Origin: Amphiscolops sp. MND2022
Lineage: Eukaryota
Assembly: GCA_964187785.1 (NCBI GenBank)
Contig: OZ076409.1
Span: forward strand, 9,426,001 to 9,490,000
Direction: 5' to 3'
DNA length: 64,000 nt
Below the pieces are notes generated by a model. It saw only the letters and a program-made list of their open reading frames with translations. It ran no database searches and was not told the DNA's origin. Of this stretch, positions 1 through 12,789 are shown one piece after another. A program made the translations under genes and the position numbers. Position 1 is the stretch's first letter. The number at the start of each line of letters is the position of its first letter.

Positions 1-65
1 TATTGTTTCATTGTGCAGCTCGTGAGCTACTATTCTGCAACTTCCTGTAATTTAGGGAAAACCTC

Positions 66-265
66 NNNNNNNNNNNNNNNNNNNNNNNNNNNNNNNNNNN
101 NNNNNNNNNNNNNNNNNNNNNNNNNNNNNNNNNNNNNNNNNNNNNNNNNNNNNNNNNNNNNNNNNNNNNNNNNNNNNNNNNNNNNNNNNNNNNNNNNNNN
201 NNNNNNNNNNNNNNNNNNNNNNNNNNNNNNNNNNNNNNNNNNNNNNNNNNNNNNNNNNNNNNNNN
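66..265. other. Assembly gap (200 N)
   Basis: Run of N characters. Confidence 1.
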
Positions 266-1099
266 CAAATTTCCCTTTGAATAGTTTAGCATAATTAAAT
301 AAATCGCTACGATCCTTCTTTTCCGTTCAGTAACGAGTGAAACAACAGTTGGACTCGGTAAAAGACAAAACTGCCACATGGATGTTTATTTAGTTTTCGA
401 ATTTGAAAAGGATTCGTTTCTTTCCAGCAGTTGTACATTTCCAAGTTTATTCTTTTTGGTACTTCCAAGGAATGCGATTGTGAAATGACTTTTGAGGGAT
501 CCATTCTTGATGTGGTTTTGAAGCGAACACAGATTCAGCAACAAACTTCCATCAGATTTTAATCGTGATTTTTTGAGTAACTCGGCTGATTAAATTTTTC
601 CCACTTTAAGTCCGACGAGTTCTAATTGAAAGAAGTTTGGAATAGTATCGCAGTCGAGGTTTCAAATTTTGTTTTTCAGAATTTTTGTAATGGCGGGCGA
701 ACCTCCACATCTAGTTCATGATTGCTCTTTAGTTGAAACTACAAAATGTTGTTTATTTTTTATTTCTTTGAAATTTGAAGAAAACAAGAAACTGAATTTC
801 AGCACAAATTGTGAGACACTTTTCCAACTTCGATGTTTTTCGAATTGAAATGTCTAAAATTTTATCGCCCATTAGTCAAGTAATTTCCTTTCCTTATATG
901 TGTATGTGATTAGTGTATATACGCTATAATATATGTCACTTACTCATATATTACGTCTATTTGGCTTCCCTTGGGGACAAAATCTTTTCAATGCCTCAGT
1001 GGGTCTCAAAAGTTTCATTTGAGTCCATAAAAAATTGATACTTTTTCTAACTGAAATCGACATTTCAGAAAATGAACAGAAGTTCCAAGTGAACTTAAA

Positions 1100-2070
1100 G
1101 GCGCCGTGACATCCCAACCAATTTGACATTTTGATCGTTCTCTTCCCTACTGTTAGCCATTTTCTCAGTAAGGGCTTTCACAATCGAAGTCAGTTGTTTT
1201 GTCGATGAACCTTTGTTCATTCCTAACTTTCTCATGTTCACTTTCTTGGCTAAATTTGCTTGCTCCGTAATCTTCGGTGAGCTGAGTGATAGGTTGAAAG
1301 TCGGGAAGACTACTGTTACTGTCACCATCACTGAATGTATCCAATTCAGTCTGCTCAATTCTGCTCTCCCTGTTACTCTGCGATCTTGTGTTAACCATGG
1401 TTAAAAGGCTTGATTTTGTTTTGGATTGATATGTTTTGGAGTTGAAGTAATAGGTTTGAAAGTATGGTTGAGTGTATCCAAACTGAAGGTTTGCAATCAA
1501 ATATGTCAGGTATGTCTGTTAATTGCACCTTCAAATAATTGCGTGTTTGTTAGTGACGCTTGATCGAAAGAGTCTATTTCAACTAATTTTTCTTGTTAGG
1601 TCGCTAATTACCACTTCATTGACGACTGGTTACTTCAGTCGTTGTTAATTGGTATAGTAGCACTTCTGAACTGGTGTATATAGTTGAGTTCCAAACTCCA
1701 AAGGATATGCTAATTGACGACTAACGGTAGTAGTCGTAACTGCTGTTAAACCTCATCATCATATAATCAATAATAATTTCAAGGTAAATAACAATGCTTC
1801 ATTAAACATGACTGAACGGCATAGTTGTTGATGCGACTTTATTACTTTATGTATGATGGGTAAAAATGACTGTTAGATAATTGGGGTATACGATGAGTGA
1901 AAATGACTGTTAACTATACAATCGATGCTCTAGTTATCATGTAACATATACATATACTGAATTGCATGTAACTGTTGGGTAAAAAGACGATAGTGAGAGC
2001 TGGTCATTCTTTCCTTAGTATAAATTATGAAGTACTAGTTTACGTTGATCTGAAGTTAAAGTTCTTGACA
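1100..2070 (-). mobile_element. Degenerate LTR relic of an E1-related Gypsy family, with frameshifted Gag N-terminus; boundaries approximate
   Basis: Minus-strand ORF pieces MVNTRSQSNRE..DTFSDGDSNSSLPD..EQRF and QLTSIVKALTEKMAN parallel the LTR-encoded E1 Gag start (MVITRSQS..SDNESETSFPE..DRRF..DLTNIVLTLTNQFAS). A nucleotide motif near 1600-1630 resembles the reverse complement of E1 LTR 12243-12280. Confidence 0.6.
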
Positions 2071-3179
2071 ACAGGGAAGCGTTGTCGTCAAATTCCATCA
2101 TGCTATTCGGCATGAAACTCCGCCGCTTTTAGAAATAGAGTGATGTGCGCGGGTGGAGAAAAATGACGGATGAGAGTGGCACGTTTGGCGAGAACTGACT
2201 GAGAATCGGTAGTAGTATGCGTGGGAACGGTTCAGGGGGAAAGCTCCATTGGTTGTATTCTACGACTCCAGGTGTTAGTCGTCATCCTGCAGTGGTTAAT
2301 CTTTCGTCCAAGGGTGGAAGCGGTAAAGCATATTTGTATCGCTGTAATGGTGAATGCAACGACTGGAAGTATCAGTCGTCTTTTTGTTCATGTTTACCCA
2401 CTTTGTTTTCGGAATTGACGAGTAGCGGAAATGTCAGAGTTCATTTTGACGTCACTGTACAGCTTGCCAGGAAGTATTGCGAGTGAAAAGTAAATGGTGG
2501 CAATTGTTTGCAACGCTATCCCGTCGTGCGCGTTTGTGATTAGGATTAAAGTAAACAGTAATCGGAAGTGATCGCGGCAGTCGGAATTCCGTTGAAGGCT
2601 GGCTGTTGCTTGTAGTTGTGCGTGGATTTCTATCTATCTCTCAATTCCATTCTACTAAACTTGTTTGATGTAGCTGTTCTTGATTTATTGCTTGTTACCG
2701 TTACCGATTTTTTGTTCTCTTTGCGATCTTCTCACTCGGTAGGGGTGAATATGCTCCGGTCTGAATTGTATCCTTTGTAATTCAAGGCAATAAGTAGGAT
2801 AAAACGACTGTGTTTGTCAGGGATACGTAATTGTCAGTTCCCTGTTGATGTCCGTTGGGTTGAGATAGTTAGTGTTTCAGTGAACACGTTTTGTATTGAC
2901 GTTTGATTGGTAGGCAGTGCGGGTAAGGAAACAAATTGTAGTTGATGTTAAGTATTGAAGCGCATTCAGAGGAGGCAATGGCTATTGAACCAAGTCGTGT
3001 CGAGTTACCATGCTGTCAATTTTCTGGGCGGGACACTTCATTTTCGCTCGGGGGTATGAACGAACTGCTAGAGTTGGCCTTGCCGGAAGGTTTCCGTAAG
3101 TACTATCTGTTTACGTTTTTGATTTTCATCACGCATTCATGACGTCTATCTCTTTCCTTCCTTTTTTTGTTCCCACGAC

Positions 3180-3252
3180 GGGACAGCCGGGGGATCGAAC
3201 TCACAAGCTTTGGCGTCAAAAGCGAGTACACTACCGGTTGCGCCAATGTACC
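3180..3252 (-). pseudogene. tRNA-derived sequence (SINE head or tRNA pseudogene)
   Basis: Minus strand GGTACATTGGCGCAACCGGTAG...GTGAGTTCGATCCCCCGG carries Pol III A and B boxes, but the acceptor and anticodon stems pair poorly. Confidence 0.6.
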
Positions 3253-3330
3253 TTGTGTTGCGTTGTAAAAAGTGTATCGATGTAGATGGGTTGTCGTCTT
3301 ACTAAAACATGTCGGTGTGATAGTCAGCTC

Positions 3331-4160
3331 TTTTTAGTCAGCGCCTTTTCCCTTAAGGAAAAAAGCCCGACTATTACAGTGGGTAGTTTCTTCTCTTTTT
3401 CAGCTGACAATCTCACTCTGAATGGTCCACTTCTTACAATTTTCATGATCATGAATTTTAGCAAGCAAATTTATAAATAATTGCATAAAAGTGTACAACG
3501 TTTTTTTACATCCTCTAAGAAATTTTACTAGACCAATGGGTATTTTTCGTCTCTAACAGTATTTTCGTCTCTGAGACTTTTTTCGAAAATTTTCAAATGT
3601 TACCATAGGGTCCCCTTTTTGATGTTTTTTGTAACCATAAGCCATTTTTTGTGTCTAAAGGGTCCCCTACCGGGTTTTTCGGCACTGTCGAGGCGTCAAC
3701 ATGGGTTCTAGTTCGGATATAACGTTTCAGAGTTCGGATGTAACGTTTTCAATGTTCGCATGTAACGTTTTGAAAGTTCGGATGTGACGTTTACCAAGTT
3801 CGGATATAACGTTTTCATAGTTCGGATGTAACGTTTCAAACTTCAGATGAAATGTCCCCAAAGTTCCTATATAACGTTTTCAAAGTTCGGATGTAACGTT
3901 TCAAACGTCAGATGAAACGTCCCCAAAGTTCCTATATAACGTTTTCAAAGTTCGGATGTAACGTTTTCAAAGTTCGGATATAACGTTTTCAAAGTTCGGA
4001 TTCAACTTTTTTTATTTCTCGTATAATATCAATTTTTGCCCCAAAATGTCACATAATTTGCTTCCAAAGTATAGCTTAGGGGTCAGGATTTCAGTACTAT
4101 GAGACTTTCGGATTTTTGAGCCTTAGATATGGCGCCGACTTGGGCCGATCCCAGCTTGTT
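3331..4160 (+). mobile_element. Non-autonomous Helentron/DINE-1-like element with internal tandem repeat
   Basis: 5' TTTTTAGTCAGCGC subterminal repeat with partial inverted copy GCCCGACT; central 21-22 bp repeats; 3' GCGCCGACT followed by hairpin TGGGCCGATCCCA and CTTGTT. The same ends occur in reverse orientation at 8084-8460, and one end at 4668-4702. Confidence 0.6.
3709..4008 (+). repeat. Tandem repeat, 21-22 bp unit AAAGTTCGGAT(A/G)TAACGTTTTC, about 14 copies
   Basis: Directly visible periodicity. Confidence 0.95.
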
Positions 4161-5597
4161 TAAAAACTGGGCTGATTGAATTTCAGTCTCAGATTGATGT
4201 AACCGAATTCTTCCAAGAATTGGAAATTTATAGAAACAAGCCGGGAACAGTTCAAAGTCGGAACATGAGAAACTTAATTCATAGAAAAGTTTCCAACAAA
4301 ACTTTGGCTTTTTTTGAAAATTCCAATTTTTCGAGATTGAGAACTTTTCGTCTCTTAATACCAAAAAAAATTTCGTAGGGGATCCTCTGGTATTGCGAGC
4401 AAAAATGTCTCACCGTGCCAAAACTTTGTATGGGAGACCCAGTCGTGTTGCGAAAAAAATGGCCTCACACTGTCAAAAGATAAATTTCAGGGGAACCCTC
4501 TGATTTGTTGCAAAAAAAATGAAACTTGCTCTCACAATGTCAAAACTGCTGCAAAGGTGGGAACCCTTTGGCACTTTTTGGCAAGTAGGGAATATTGAAA
4601 AAGAGTCAACGGAAAAGTGAACAAATCGTGGCAATCTTGAAAAAAATGGAAGAAAAGTAACTACAATAGTCGGCTCTTTTCTTCGAAAGCGCCGACTAAA
4701 AAGTGGGAAAAAGAAACATTCCAGAAATTTTCGTTTTTGTGCTGATACTATCTTCTCACGTGCTCTTCATATCATATGAAACTGTAGCGGAGTGCGAACT
4801 CATGAACATATGTCTCTCCAGTCTCACGTGGTTCGTAGATGGAAGATAAAGATAAAAATTTAATTTCCCTAATTCCGCGGGGTGGACGCCGAATAATCAG
4901 ATCTGCTTTTCTATGTCGACGCCCTTTCGGAACCTATCTTCCCGTAGCAAGCTAAGGTACGATTTTTGCAGCCAGTGGTCAAGCAATTGTCGACTTGAAG
5001 CTCTGGTTTTAAAATGACTTGCTCAAGGTCTCAGTGAATATCATTCAGTCTTCCGGCTGCTACTAAAAATATGTTTGACTTTGTTTTTCTTTCCGGATTC
5101 TACAACATTCATTCCTGAACCTCAAAAATTGAGACGTTGATTTAGATGAATACATACAGGGTAGCACGCTTGCAGCTCTCAAAACCCGCTGGGAAATAAA
5201 CACATGTTTTTAGACTGACTTCGAACTTTGTATTTTTGAGTGCATTTCTTAAACTTGTGTTCCTTTGTCAATCAGAAAGAGCAAATTTCACTTCGATGGT
5301 CGCAATGTTTTGTAATTTGATCAAAAATACTCGTAGAGGGGCAGGATATTTCATCTCTTTCATTAGTCAAGGGAATTAGCTCTCGCGAAACTTCAGGAGA
5401 CTCTGACATAAGCGAAAAACAATATGTGAATGCAATGTTCAAATATGTAAATGAAATGTAAATGCAATGTAAATGCAATGTTGAAGTTGTTCAATGTTCA
5501 AATTGGACTGAATCTCTCTAGTCTCTGGCAATTATCTGGCGCTATGTCAAATCTATGACCGGTCAAATGTCACCATTTTTGGCATAATAGGTGTACC

Positions 5598-8500
5598 CTA
5601 ACAGGCTTTCCCCTTTCCTGTGCGATTCAAAACTTCGGCGGACACTCCGGGCAGCATTCCTAGTTCTTCAAGTTTAGTTTGGGATAGCAAAGATGGCATA
5701 TAAGGTCTTTCAGGGGGCCAGTCTGCCATGATTTCTCTCACAGCTGCTTCGGAGTCCTTGTCATTCTGAATCTTGTGAGCTTCTCCAATTCGATGGGCTA
5801 AATCCGTGACGTCATCAATGGCTAGAATATTTGAAGCATAAAATCGGGACAACTTTCCAGGTACGCAGACTTGGATAGCTCTTTGTCTCAACATTTTCCT
5901 GGGAAGGTAATTTTTGTTGTCCTTTTCCCGGAAAAACAAATCACGTTCCGGGTCCCATTGGATGACTCCGTTGCCTCCTCTCTCGGTCTGTGAAAGTTTA
6001 CTCTGGCTTCTTTGATCTCGATTTGTGTTCGTCAGTCTACACGTGCTAAGTATGTGCGTTATAACTCTATGTGATAAATGGATTCGTAATACACGGTTCT
6101 GGTTTGGTTTATGCCCGTAGCCTGACCTGTATAGCATCCACCCCAAACTCGGTTTTATCCAAGTACCCCGGTCAGGTTTCCATCCGCCACAACCTGTAAA
6201 CACAATTTCAGATTTTAAAAGTCGAGACCGACCTGAGTCGTACCACCCCCAAAGGCTCAAAACATGACGGGCGATGGGTTGTATACACATAATTTGTAGG
6301 GCAACGACCGATTTCGGTCTAGCAAACTTGACATTAAACTCTGGTTTGAATTCAAAAAGTCCAGCCTTTTGGTAATTTGCAGCACAAATTTGAACTGTGA
6401 TTCATCTGTAAGCAAATCACAACACAAGCACAAGCATTTATGGAATATGAATTTCTTCCTGTCAATAGCCGCCGCACTAAAATAATACTTCGCAATATCG
6501 TTTGAAGTAGTGTCACTTTTTGGTTTCAGCTAAAATTGTTAAATGCTGCTTTTTATTTTCCACCCTCACTTCAAAGTGGAATGGATGTCGAGCCCCTGTT
6601 TGGGCTGCTTTGAAGAACCTTGGGAATTATCATCTTGACTATCACTATTAGACTTCTTCAGGATAGCCATCATAAGGTCATTCAGTTGACTAAATTCTGA
6701 CTGTAAATCTTTTATTCTTTTCTTATAATTTTCTCTAATTTCAGTTAACTCGGAAGAAACGTCACTGTTTCTGATGGATTCAACTTCAGCGGAGTTACTT
6801 TCTGTCATTGTGGAGGGTTCAATTGGATTATTCTCAGAGGTAGATTCAAGAATTTTGCCGTTTCGAAGCTTGGTTCCTTGTTCTTGACTCATACGATAAA
6901 GAAAAGATGAATTTGAGTGAAGACTGGATTATAGGATGTTTTTACGATGTGTTCGTCTATTTTCGGGCGTTGCCAATTCACTAATCTGAACTGGAGATGT
7001 GTTTTCAAGCATTTCAAATATTTCAGAATTTCACGATGAAAGATGATGAACTTTACAAAATACGATAATAATTCATCGGAAATTCATCTAAGTTTTGCAA
7101 GTATAGTAGATTGATCAGTCAGTTGTTAGACACTCGTTAGTAGAGAATGTGGATGAAATCCAGATGATTTTCAGCGATGTAAAGTACCAACTTGACTGTA
7201 GCTCGATGTTATCTCTCACTGACTAATCCTTTATGACTACCAATCTTCTGGCAATTTGCGTGTCATACTGGGATGGTAAGACTCAATTCTCATTGGTTGC
7301 ACTAGTAGGTGCTAATTGGTCAACCACGTGACCACCAATGGTGAAATTGCCGCTGGATAGCCCACATATATGCCAAATTTACATATTGCTCCAAATTATA
7401 TGTGAATAATGGTTTTACAAGTCGTTAATTGCCTGCACAGCATCATTGTACTTTTGGTGATGAAAAGTAATGACTTCTACATCAATACTGCCAGCAATGA
7501 ATCATAATTACACTAAACAGTACCGTCGATGATTAAACGATGAACTTGAAGGGGATTAAGCAATTTCTAACACAGATTTGGAACCCCGATGTATAATCGA
7601 TGAATATTTCGACTGTCCGACTAAATCTAGAATCAATCATCATCGCTGATGGGTTAACGATGAACTTTTAACTCACATTGAATAATCCAGCACAAACACT
7701 GTTTTATTGATGAATTTAGGATGAACTTTCTCATTTCCGCATGTAGTCTAGTTACAGTGATGTAAAATCGATGCCTTTAGGCAAGAAAAAAAAGAAATTC
7801 ATGAGTGGGAGTATCGTTTCAGGTGATTTGCACAATAAACAAATTCTCTGATGAACTTGCGATAAGTTTTATTGATCATACAGCTACATTTAGCTAAGTG
7901 ATGAATTTACGATGAAATTAGCAAGTAAACAGATGGATGCAGATCCGCTGATGGATTTGCGATGAAATTATGCTCAGAAAACATAAGTGCACAGCGAAAC
8001 TAAATTCATCGATGAGTTTGGTACGGAGTCTGGCAATAAATGAGTCAAACTAAATTCGAATACAATAGTCAAGAGTATCGATGAACAAGACGGGAACGTC
8101 TATAGTCGGCGCTATATCTAAGGCTCAAAAAGCGCAAAAGACTTTTTTCTGCGAAAAACTTGAAATTTTTGAGTTTTTTTCTCTCAGAAAATGTCGCAGA
8201 GTGGCGAAGAAAAATCGAAATGGGGAACCCTTTAGTCTCGTCCGGTTTTGTAGGTTACGTTAAAATAGTGAAAAATGAAAGGGGGACACTTTTGGACTAA
8301 TTTCCGCTGACCGGACTTGGCCTTATGATAGTAGTTTAAGTAGTTTCGACAGTAAGAAAATTGGCCCAATCAGAGTGAGATTGTAGTCTGACGAAAAAAA
8401 GGAAAAAAACTAGCCTATTTAAGAGTCGGGCACTTTTCCCCAGAAAAGCGCCGACTAAAAACAGATGAACTTCCGTTCTCTGTTTCACAGTCTGAGTCAA

Positions 8501-10322
8501 CTGAGTTAGTAACGAAGGTTTGCTGATGTATTGTCACGATAGTTCGCTCTGAGACAGGCGCTTACTAACTAAATACTAAATTCCATCACTTTTTATCTTT
8601 CCGTACGATACATCAGCCGCAAAAGTGAACTTTCATAATCAAGTGTAGTATGTTTTCGGTGTAAAATAATCACGAAGCGTATTTTAGTGGAAGAAGGTAA
8701 CGTGTATTAGCCATTTTATTGCGTACTTCAGTAAAGCAGTGTAATGCAGATTCATGAATTTCAGTCATTAAGTTCAATTCGTAAAGAGCGTATTCCAGTC
8801 AACAAATTGTGTCAAGTGTAAATCAGTCAAACTTTAATTAGAATTCACTATTTGACGAATTCAGAAGTTAATCTCCTCGAAAAGTGGATAGTAGTCAAAG
8901 TGTGACTACTTTACACCAATTCATTACTACTAAACAATTTCTTGCTGACGCTTCAAATTTGAAATCACTCTGTAACAACTTTGACTGTTTTACGCTCCTT
9001 AATTGATTAACTTGATTGATTTACACTATTGTTTGATTGTTTAATACTGTTTTGCGCTGTTTAAGGTGATTGATATACACTAAAGTTTGATTGGTTTACA
9101 CTGTTTGCATTCAATACACTTTAAACTCTTCGGTTTCAATGAAATTGGTATCTTCCATTTTACGGACTGTGATGAGCTAGAGATAGGATTATCTTTCATT
9201 TCATCGTGCCTTTGATCATAAGTTTACCGTTTATTCATGAAATTTATTCATCTTTTATATTTATCTAATTTGGCTGAAACTACTCTCCTTTTCATCGTGA
9301 CAAGCCATACTTATTAAATAGCACCCTTTTGCTAATGACATGATCGTGTATGCGGACACGGTAGCTAGAGGGCTCATATTAAGTAAATATATAGCTCAAA
9401 ACTCAAAAAGGGAAATGGGGATTAGGTACAAGTAACGTAGGTTTGCGCACAACCATATTCCTTATTATATGGCTCCATATTGCCCATAAGTAAGTACATA
9501 AGACATAGTCTTTACATTAAAGATATTTAGTAGAATATATTTCCATCATGCTGGCATGACAATGGCAGCAAAATCATAGATTCAGACGTGTATGTATATT
9601 TTGAATTTTAAAAAATGGCCCTTTGAGATATACTCCATCTGGTATTCTTCACCTACCGCCGCAGAATTCTTAGCCGTTTATCATCTTGAACATCTTACCA
9701 AGATCCTCCAAGATCTTGTCAGGATCTTCCAGGATATTGCAAGTTCTTGAAATATCTTCGAAGAAATCCAAGATGAATGGTCCGTCTAAAATCACGATAT
9801 CCACGATAAAATTTTGTCACGATATCCACGATCTTACCAAGATTTTACCAGATCCAAGATCTTATCAAGATATCAATGATAAAATCCAAGATTCTGGCAA
9901 GATATTCAAGAATTCAATATTTTGCAAGAGCTTGGCAAGATGTCGGGGCGCTTTAGGAAATGATTTTAAAGTAACATCCCAAAAAGAGTGGCGGGAAAAT
10001 TTATGGAAATTTCAAAAGTTAAAATGTTGATGAAAAGTTGATTTCATTACAACTACTTGCCTTCAAATTTCTGATGCTGAACTGCGTAATCAGCAATGAC
10101 GTCATTGAATGCTTGGTAGACGTAGACCCCCTTTGAGTCCCAGGACCCTCTCCATAAAAACACGTCGCTCTCAAGCAACTCAGGGGGAACTGAAAACTTG
10201 GATTCATCGAATAGTTCCAAAGTTCCATCCATTGTTGCACTGATTCCAGCATTTTCATCAGCAGCATTGGCACCTTGCTCGCTTTGTTGACGGGTTAGTT
10301 GTGGGTCAGTCATGTCAGTCAT
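5598..10322 (-). CDS. DUF4291-like protein, two exons (10322-10061 and 6193-5598), about 285 aa, GC-AG intron 10060-6194
   Basis: Exon 1 GVYVYQAFNDVIADYAVQHQKF plus exon 2 TWIKPSLGWMLYRSGYGHKPNQNRVL..VIQWDPERDL..RAIQV..IDDVT reproduce the DUF4291 motif order as I recall it. Donor GAAG|GCAAGT and acceptor TTTACAG|GT are both phase 1; the joined length of 858 nt is divisible by 3. The start codon is uncertain. Confidence 0.8.
6586..9561 (-). mobile_element. Probable solo LTR of an E1-related family in the DUF4291 intron, encoding a Gag N-terminal fragment (6892-6586)
   Basis: Minus-strand start TGTCATGCCAGCATGATGGAAAT resembles the E1 LTR start TGTCATGCCCGCCAAGCATGAAGAAAT; it ends ..CTCGACA as E1 ends ..CCGACA. 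Flanks ATGGA/ATGGC form a 5-bp TSD with one mismatch. A coiled-coil-like ORF runs off the LTR end. Confidence 0.65.
8084..8460 (-). mobile_element. Non-autonomous Helentron-like element nested in the solo LTR
   Basis: Ends AACAAG..AGTCGGCGCTATATCTAAGGCTCAAAAA and AAAAGCGCCGACTAAAA match the ends of the 3331-4160 element in reverse orientation. Confidence 0.6.
9685..9942. repeat. Degenerate ~10-bp CAAGATCTT(G/A/C) repeat tract of a dispersed family
   Basis: Similar tracts at about 48040-48145, 49640-49770 and 50985-51265. Confidence 0.75.
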
Positions 10323-11233
10323 TGCTGCTTGATGGGTCGAGAAATAGAACTTGATTTTGATAATAGAATCAAGATTGGTCTGAAATTGCTTAAAAAAATT
10401 GATGAATGTCGTTTCGGAAATGTTCCATTTTATATATTGCATGACATTCCTTGCGGATTGTATGTTCTTGTCATGAAACAATGAAAAACAGGAAAAAACT
10501 TGAAAATTAGTCGTGTTTTATGTCATTCGAGGAATTCTGGGTTCCGTTTAATCAATATAGACGTTTTCAATAGCTTTAACATAGTATGAGAACCATTCGT
10601 TCCATAAGAGGACCACAGTATGAAAAACATTTTCCCATAAAATGTCCATAGATATTTTTGTATGGCCATTGTATGGCTGAACTGATTTCATAAATGCAAT
10701 ATATGACATTTTATGAACTGAATGTTTTTTGTATGGAGGTCAACCCGTGTTCATGAATTCGGGTTAGTTATCGGGGTGCTCATTTTTCTAGTGGGTGAAA
10801 ATTAGCAGAAAAATGGGGCCGAAATTAGAGTGAGAAGACGAAAAATGTCCGAGAATTGCTGATATCTTTATAACGTTCTGAGTAGTTGTGACAGGGGGTA
10901 TCAAAATTCAATTGAGTGAAAATTAATAGCAAATAATTGCTAAAAATTAATTTATTGCAGATAGTTGCAATTAAAATTAATTGATTTTTGAAACCCGATT
11001 TATTGCAATTAATTGGAAATGTTTGGGTAGCCTTTTCGCCACATTGTAGCTGAAATTATCACAGAATATCAGTGCCATTTAATTCCTCCAATTTCAAATA
11101 GCTACATGAGCAAATCGTGACTTGAAAAGGTTCCTACCGCTCCACAACTATGAATTTTCGGAGCTCAAACAACGATTTTGAGACCAAAAGTTGGAGGAAG
11201 TTCTATTCTGAGCGAAAGAGTTCAAGCTTTTAT

Positions 11234-11671
11234 GGGTACTCCTGACTAACTGTGGTACCCATCGATTTCTCCTTACCAAGTGTGGTCCCTATAATGTAAG
11301 TGTGGTTCCTGCATATTCTGTCGGAATAATTATTATAACGTAGTCAGCTATGTTCACATACTCCTAGTGCCCTAAATGCAGGAGCGAAGCGAAGCGGAGC
11401 GACGTGCCATTTGGCCATGCCTCAATGTTGCTACTTGGCGAAGGGAGCGAAGCCACCGAGCCATACAACAAATATACTTCAAATTAAGTTCCATACATAT
11501 CGGCTGTAACAGCACTAAAAGCTAGTAAATTGAATTTTGCTGTAACTGTACATGTAATGTTTGCTTTACATGATGTTTGCTATTCTCAATTTGCTAAGGA
11601 CCACACTTAGTCAAGAGTTTTTAGGCCGGCTGCATAAATTTTGTAGGGACCACACTTAGTCAGGAGTACCC
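11234..11671. mobile_element. MITE with TIR GGGTACTCCTGACTAA and 6-bp TSD TTTTAT
   Basis: TIRs at 11234 and ending 11671; TTTTAT at 11228-11233 and 11672-11677. Confidence 0.85.
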
Positions 11672-11688
11672 TTTTATGACTGTCTTGG

Positions 11689-12789
11689 TGTCATGCCCGC
11701 CAAGCATGAAGAAATGAAATAAACTCTAAAACATTAGTTCTTACATCAAACTCCCTAAAATACAGATCATCATGTAAATACATTGCAGTAATTTATTAGC
11801 TAAATATCACAGTTGGCTATACGACGACTGAAACTAGCAGTCATCAATACCAAATTTCGTTTATGTTATGGTGCATCGTTTAAAAGCTAAAACTGAAATA
11901 TTCAATCATTTCCATATTTACGACTGAAACAATCAGTCATCATCCACAGTGATAGTGCATCGTTTAACCGTTCTTTATCCATTTTTTATATTACATGTAA
12001 AGTATTACCAGAATATTCAATCATTTCGTTCATTCATATTAGCAATTTGTACAATGTCCTGCAGTAATTATCCTCCAAACGATAATCGAATCAGTAACCA
12101 TGATGATAAGAACACGCGGTAGTGAAGCCTCAGTTTAAAGAGCAATTGAGACAATTAAGTGCTAAAATGACTGGTGCTTGCGGTCATACTAAATCAAACA
12201 CGAACAATTAAACGCCGATCATCACCCGTCATGACTGGGACCACCAGTCGTCAAGTGCAATTAAATAGTAATTAGCAAGTCGAATGTTATTGGCTGAAAG
12301 AGAAAAGGTGCTAACACACCTTGATAGTGACACGGTCGGGTAAAACCGAACTCATTAACGAATTGTGACCATTGATATAACCGGTTGCTTACTACCTTGC
12401 TTACCAGTCATCAATAGTTGTTATAACATTAAAATACTTCAATTCAACTTAAAACTTCAGACTTTTCATGGTAATCACCAGATCTCAAAGTAGTCGAAAT
12501 AGACAGATTGATACTGAGAACATGGATAGAACTAGTGATAATGAAAGTGAAACCAGCTTCCCTGAACTCTTGTCTAGAGAACAAATGGTAGACCTTGACT
12601 CTGATGACGTTTTAACTAGACGTCAAAATAGTAGTAATTACGACATTGACCGAAGATTTAACGAGATAAATAGGCAAATCGGAGACCTTACAAACATAGT
12701 CCTCACGCTAACCAACCAGTTTGCCTCCGTTAATGGAGAAGGGAATAGACTGAATCCAGTAACTACTAGTACTGACAGTCGTTCCGACA
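11689..12789 (+). repeat. E1 5' LTR (1101 bp)
   Basis: TGTCATG...CCGACA; direct repeat of 25787-26887, with one mismatch noticed (12096 A vs 26194 C). Confidence 0.97.

Noticed and set aside
8..379. ORFs spanning the N gap
   Set aside because: Artefacts of undetermined bases.
3180..3252. Functional tRNA gene
   Set aside because: A and B boxes are present but the acceptor and anticodon stems do not pair properly.
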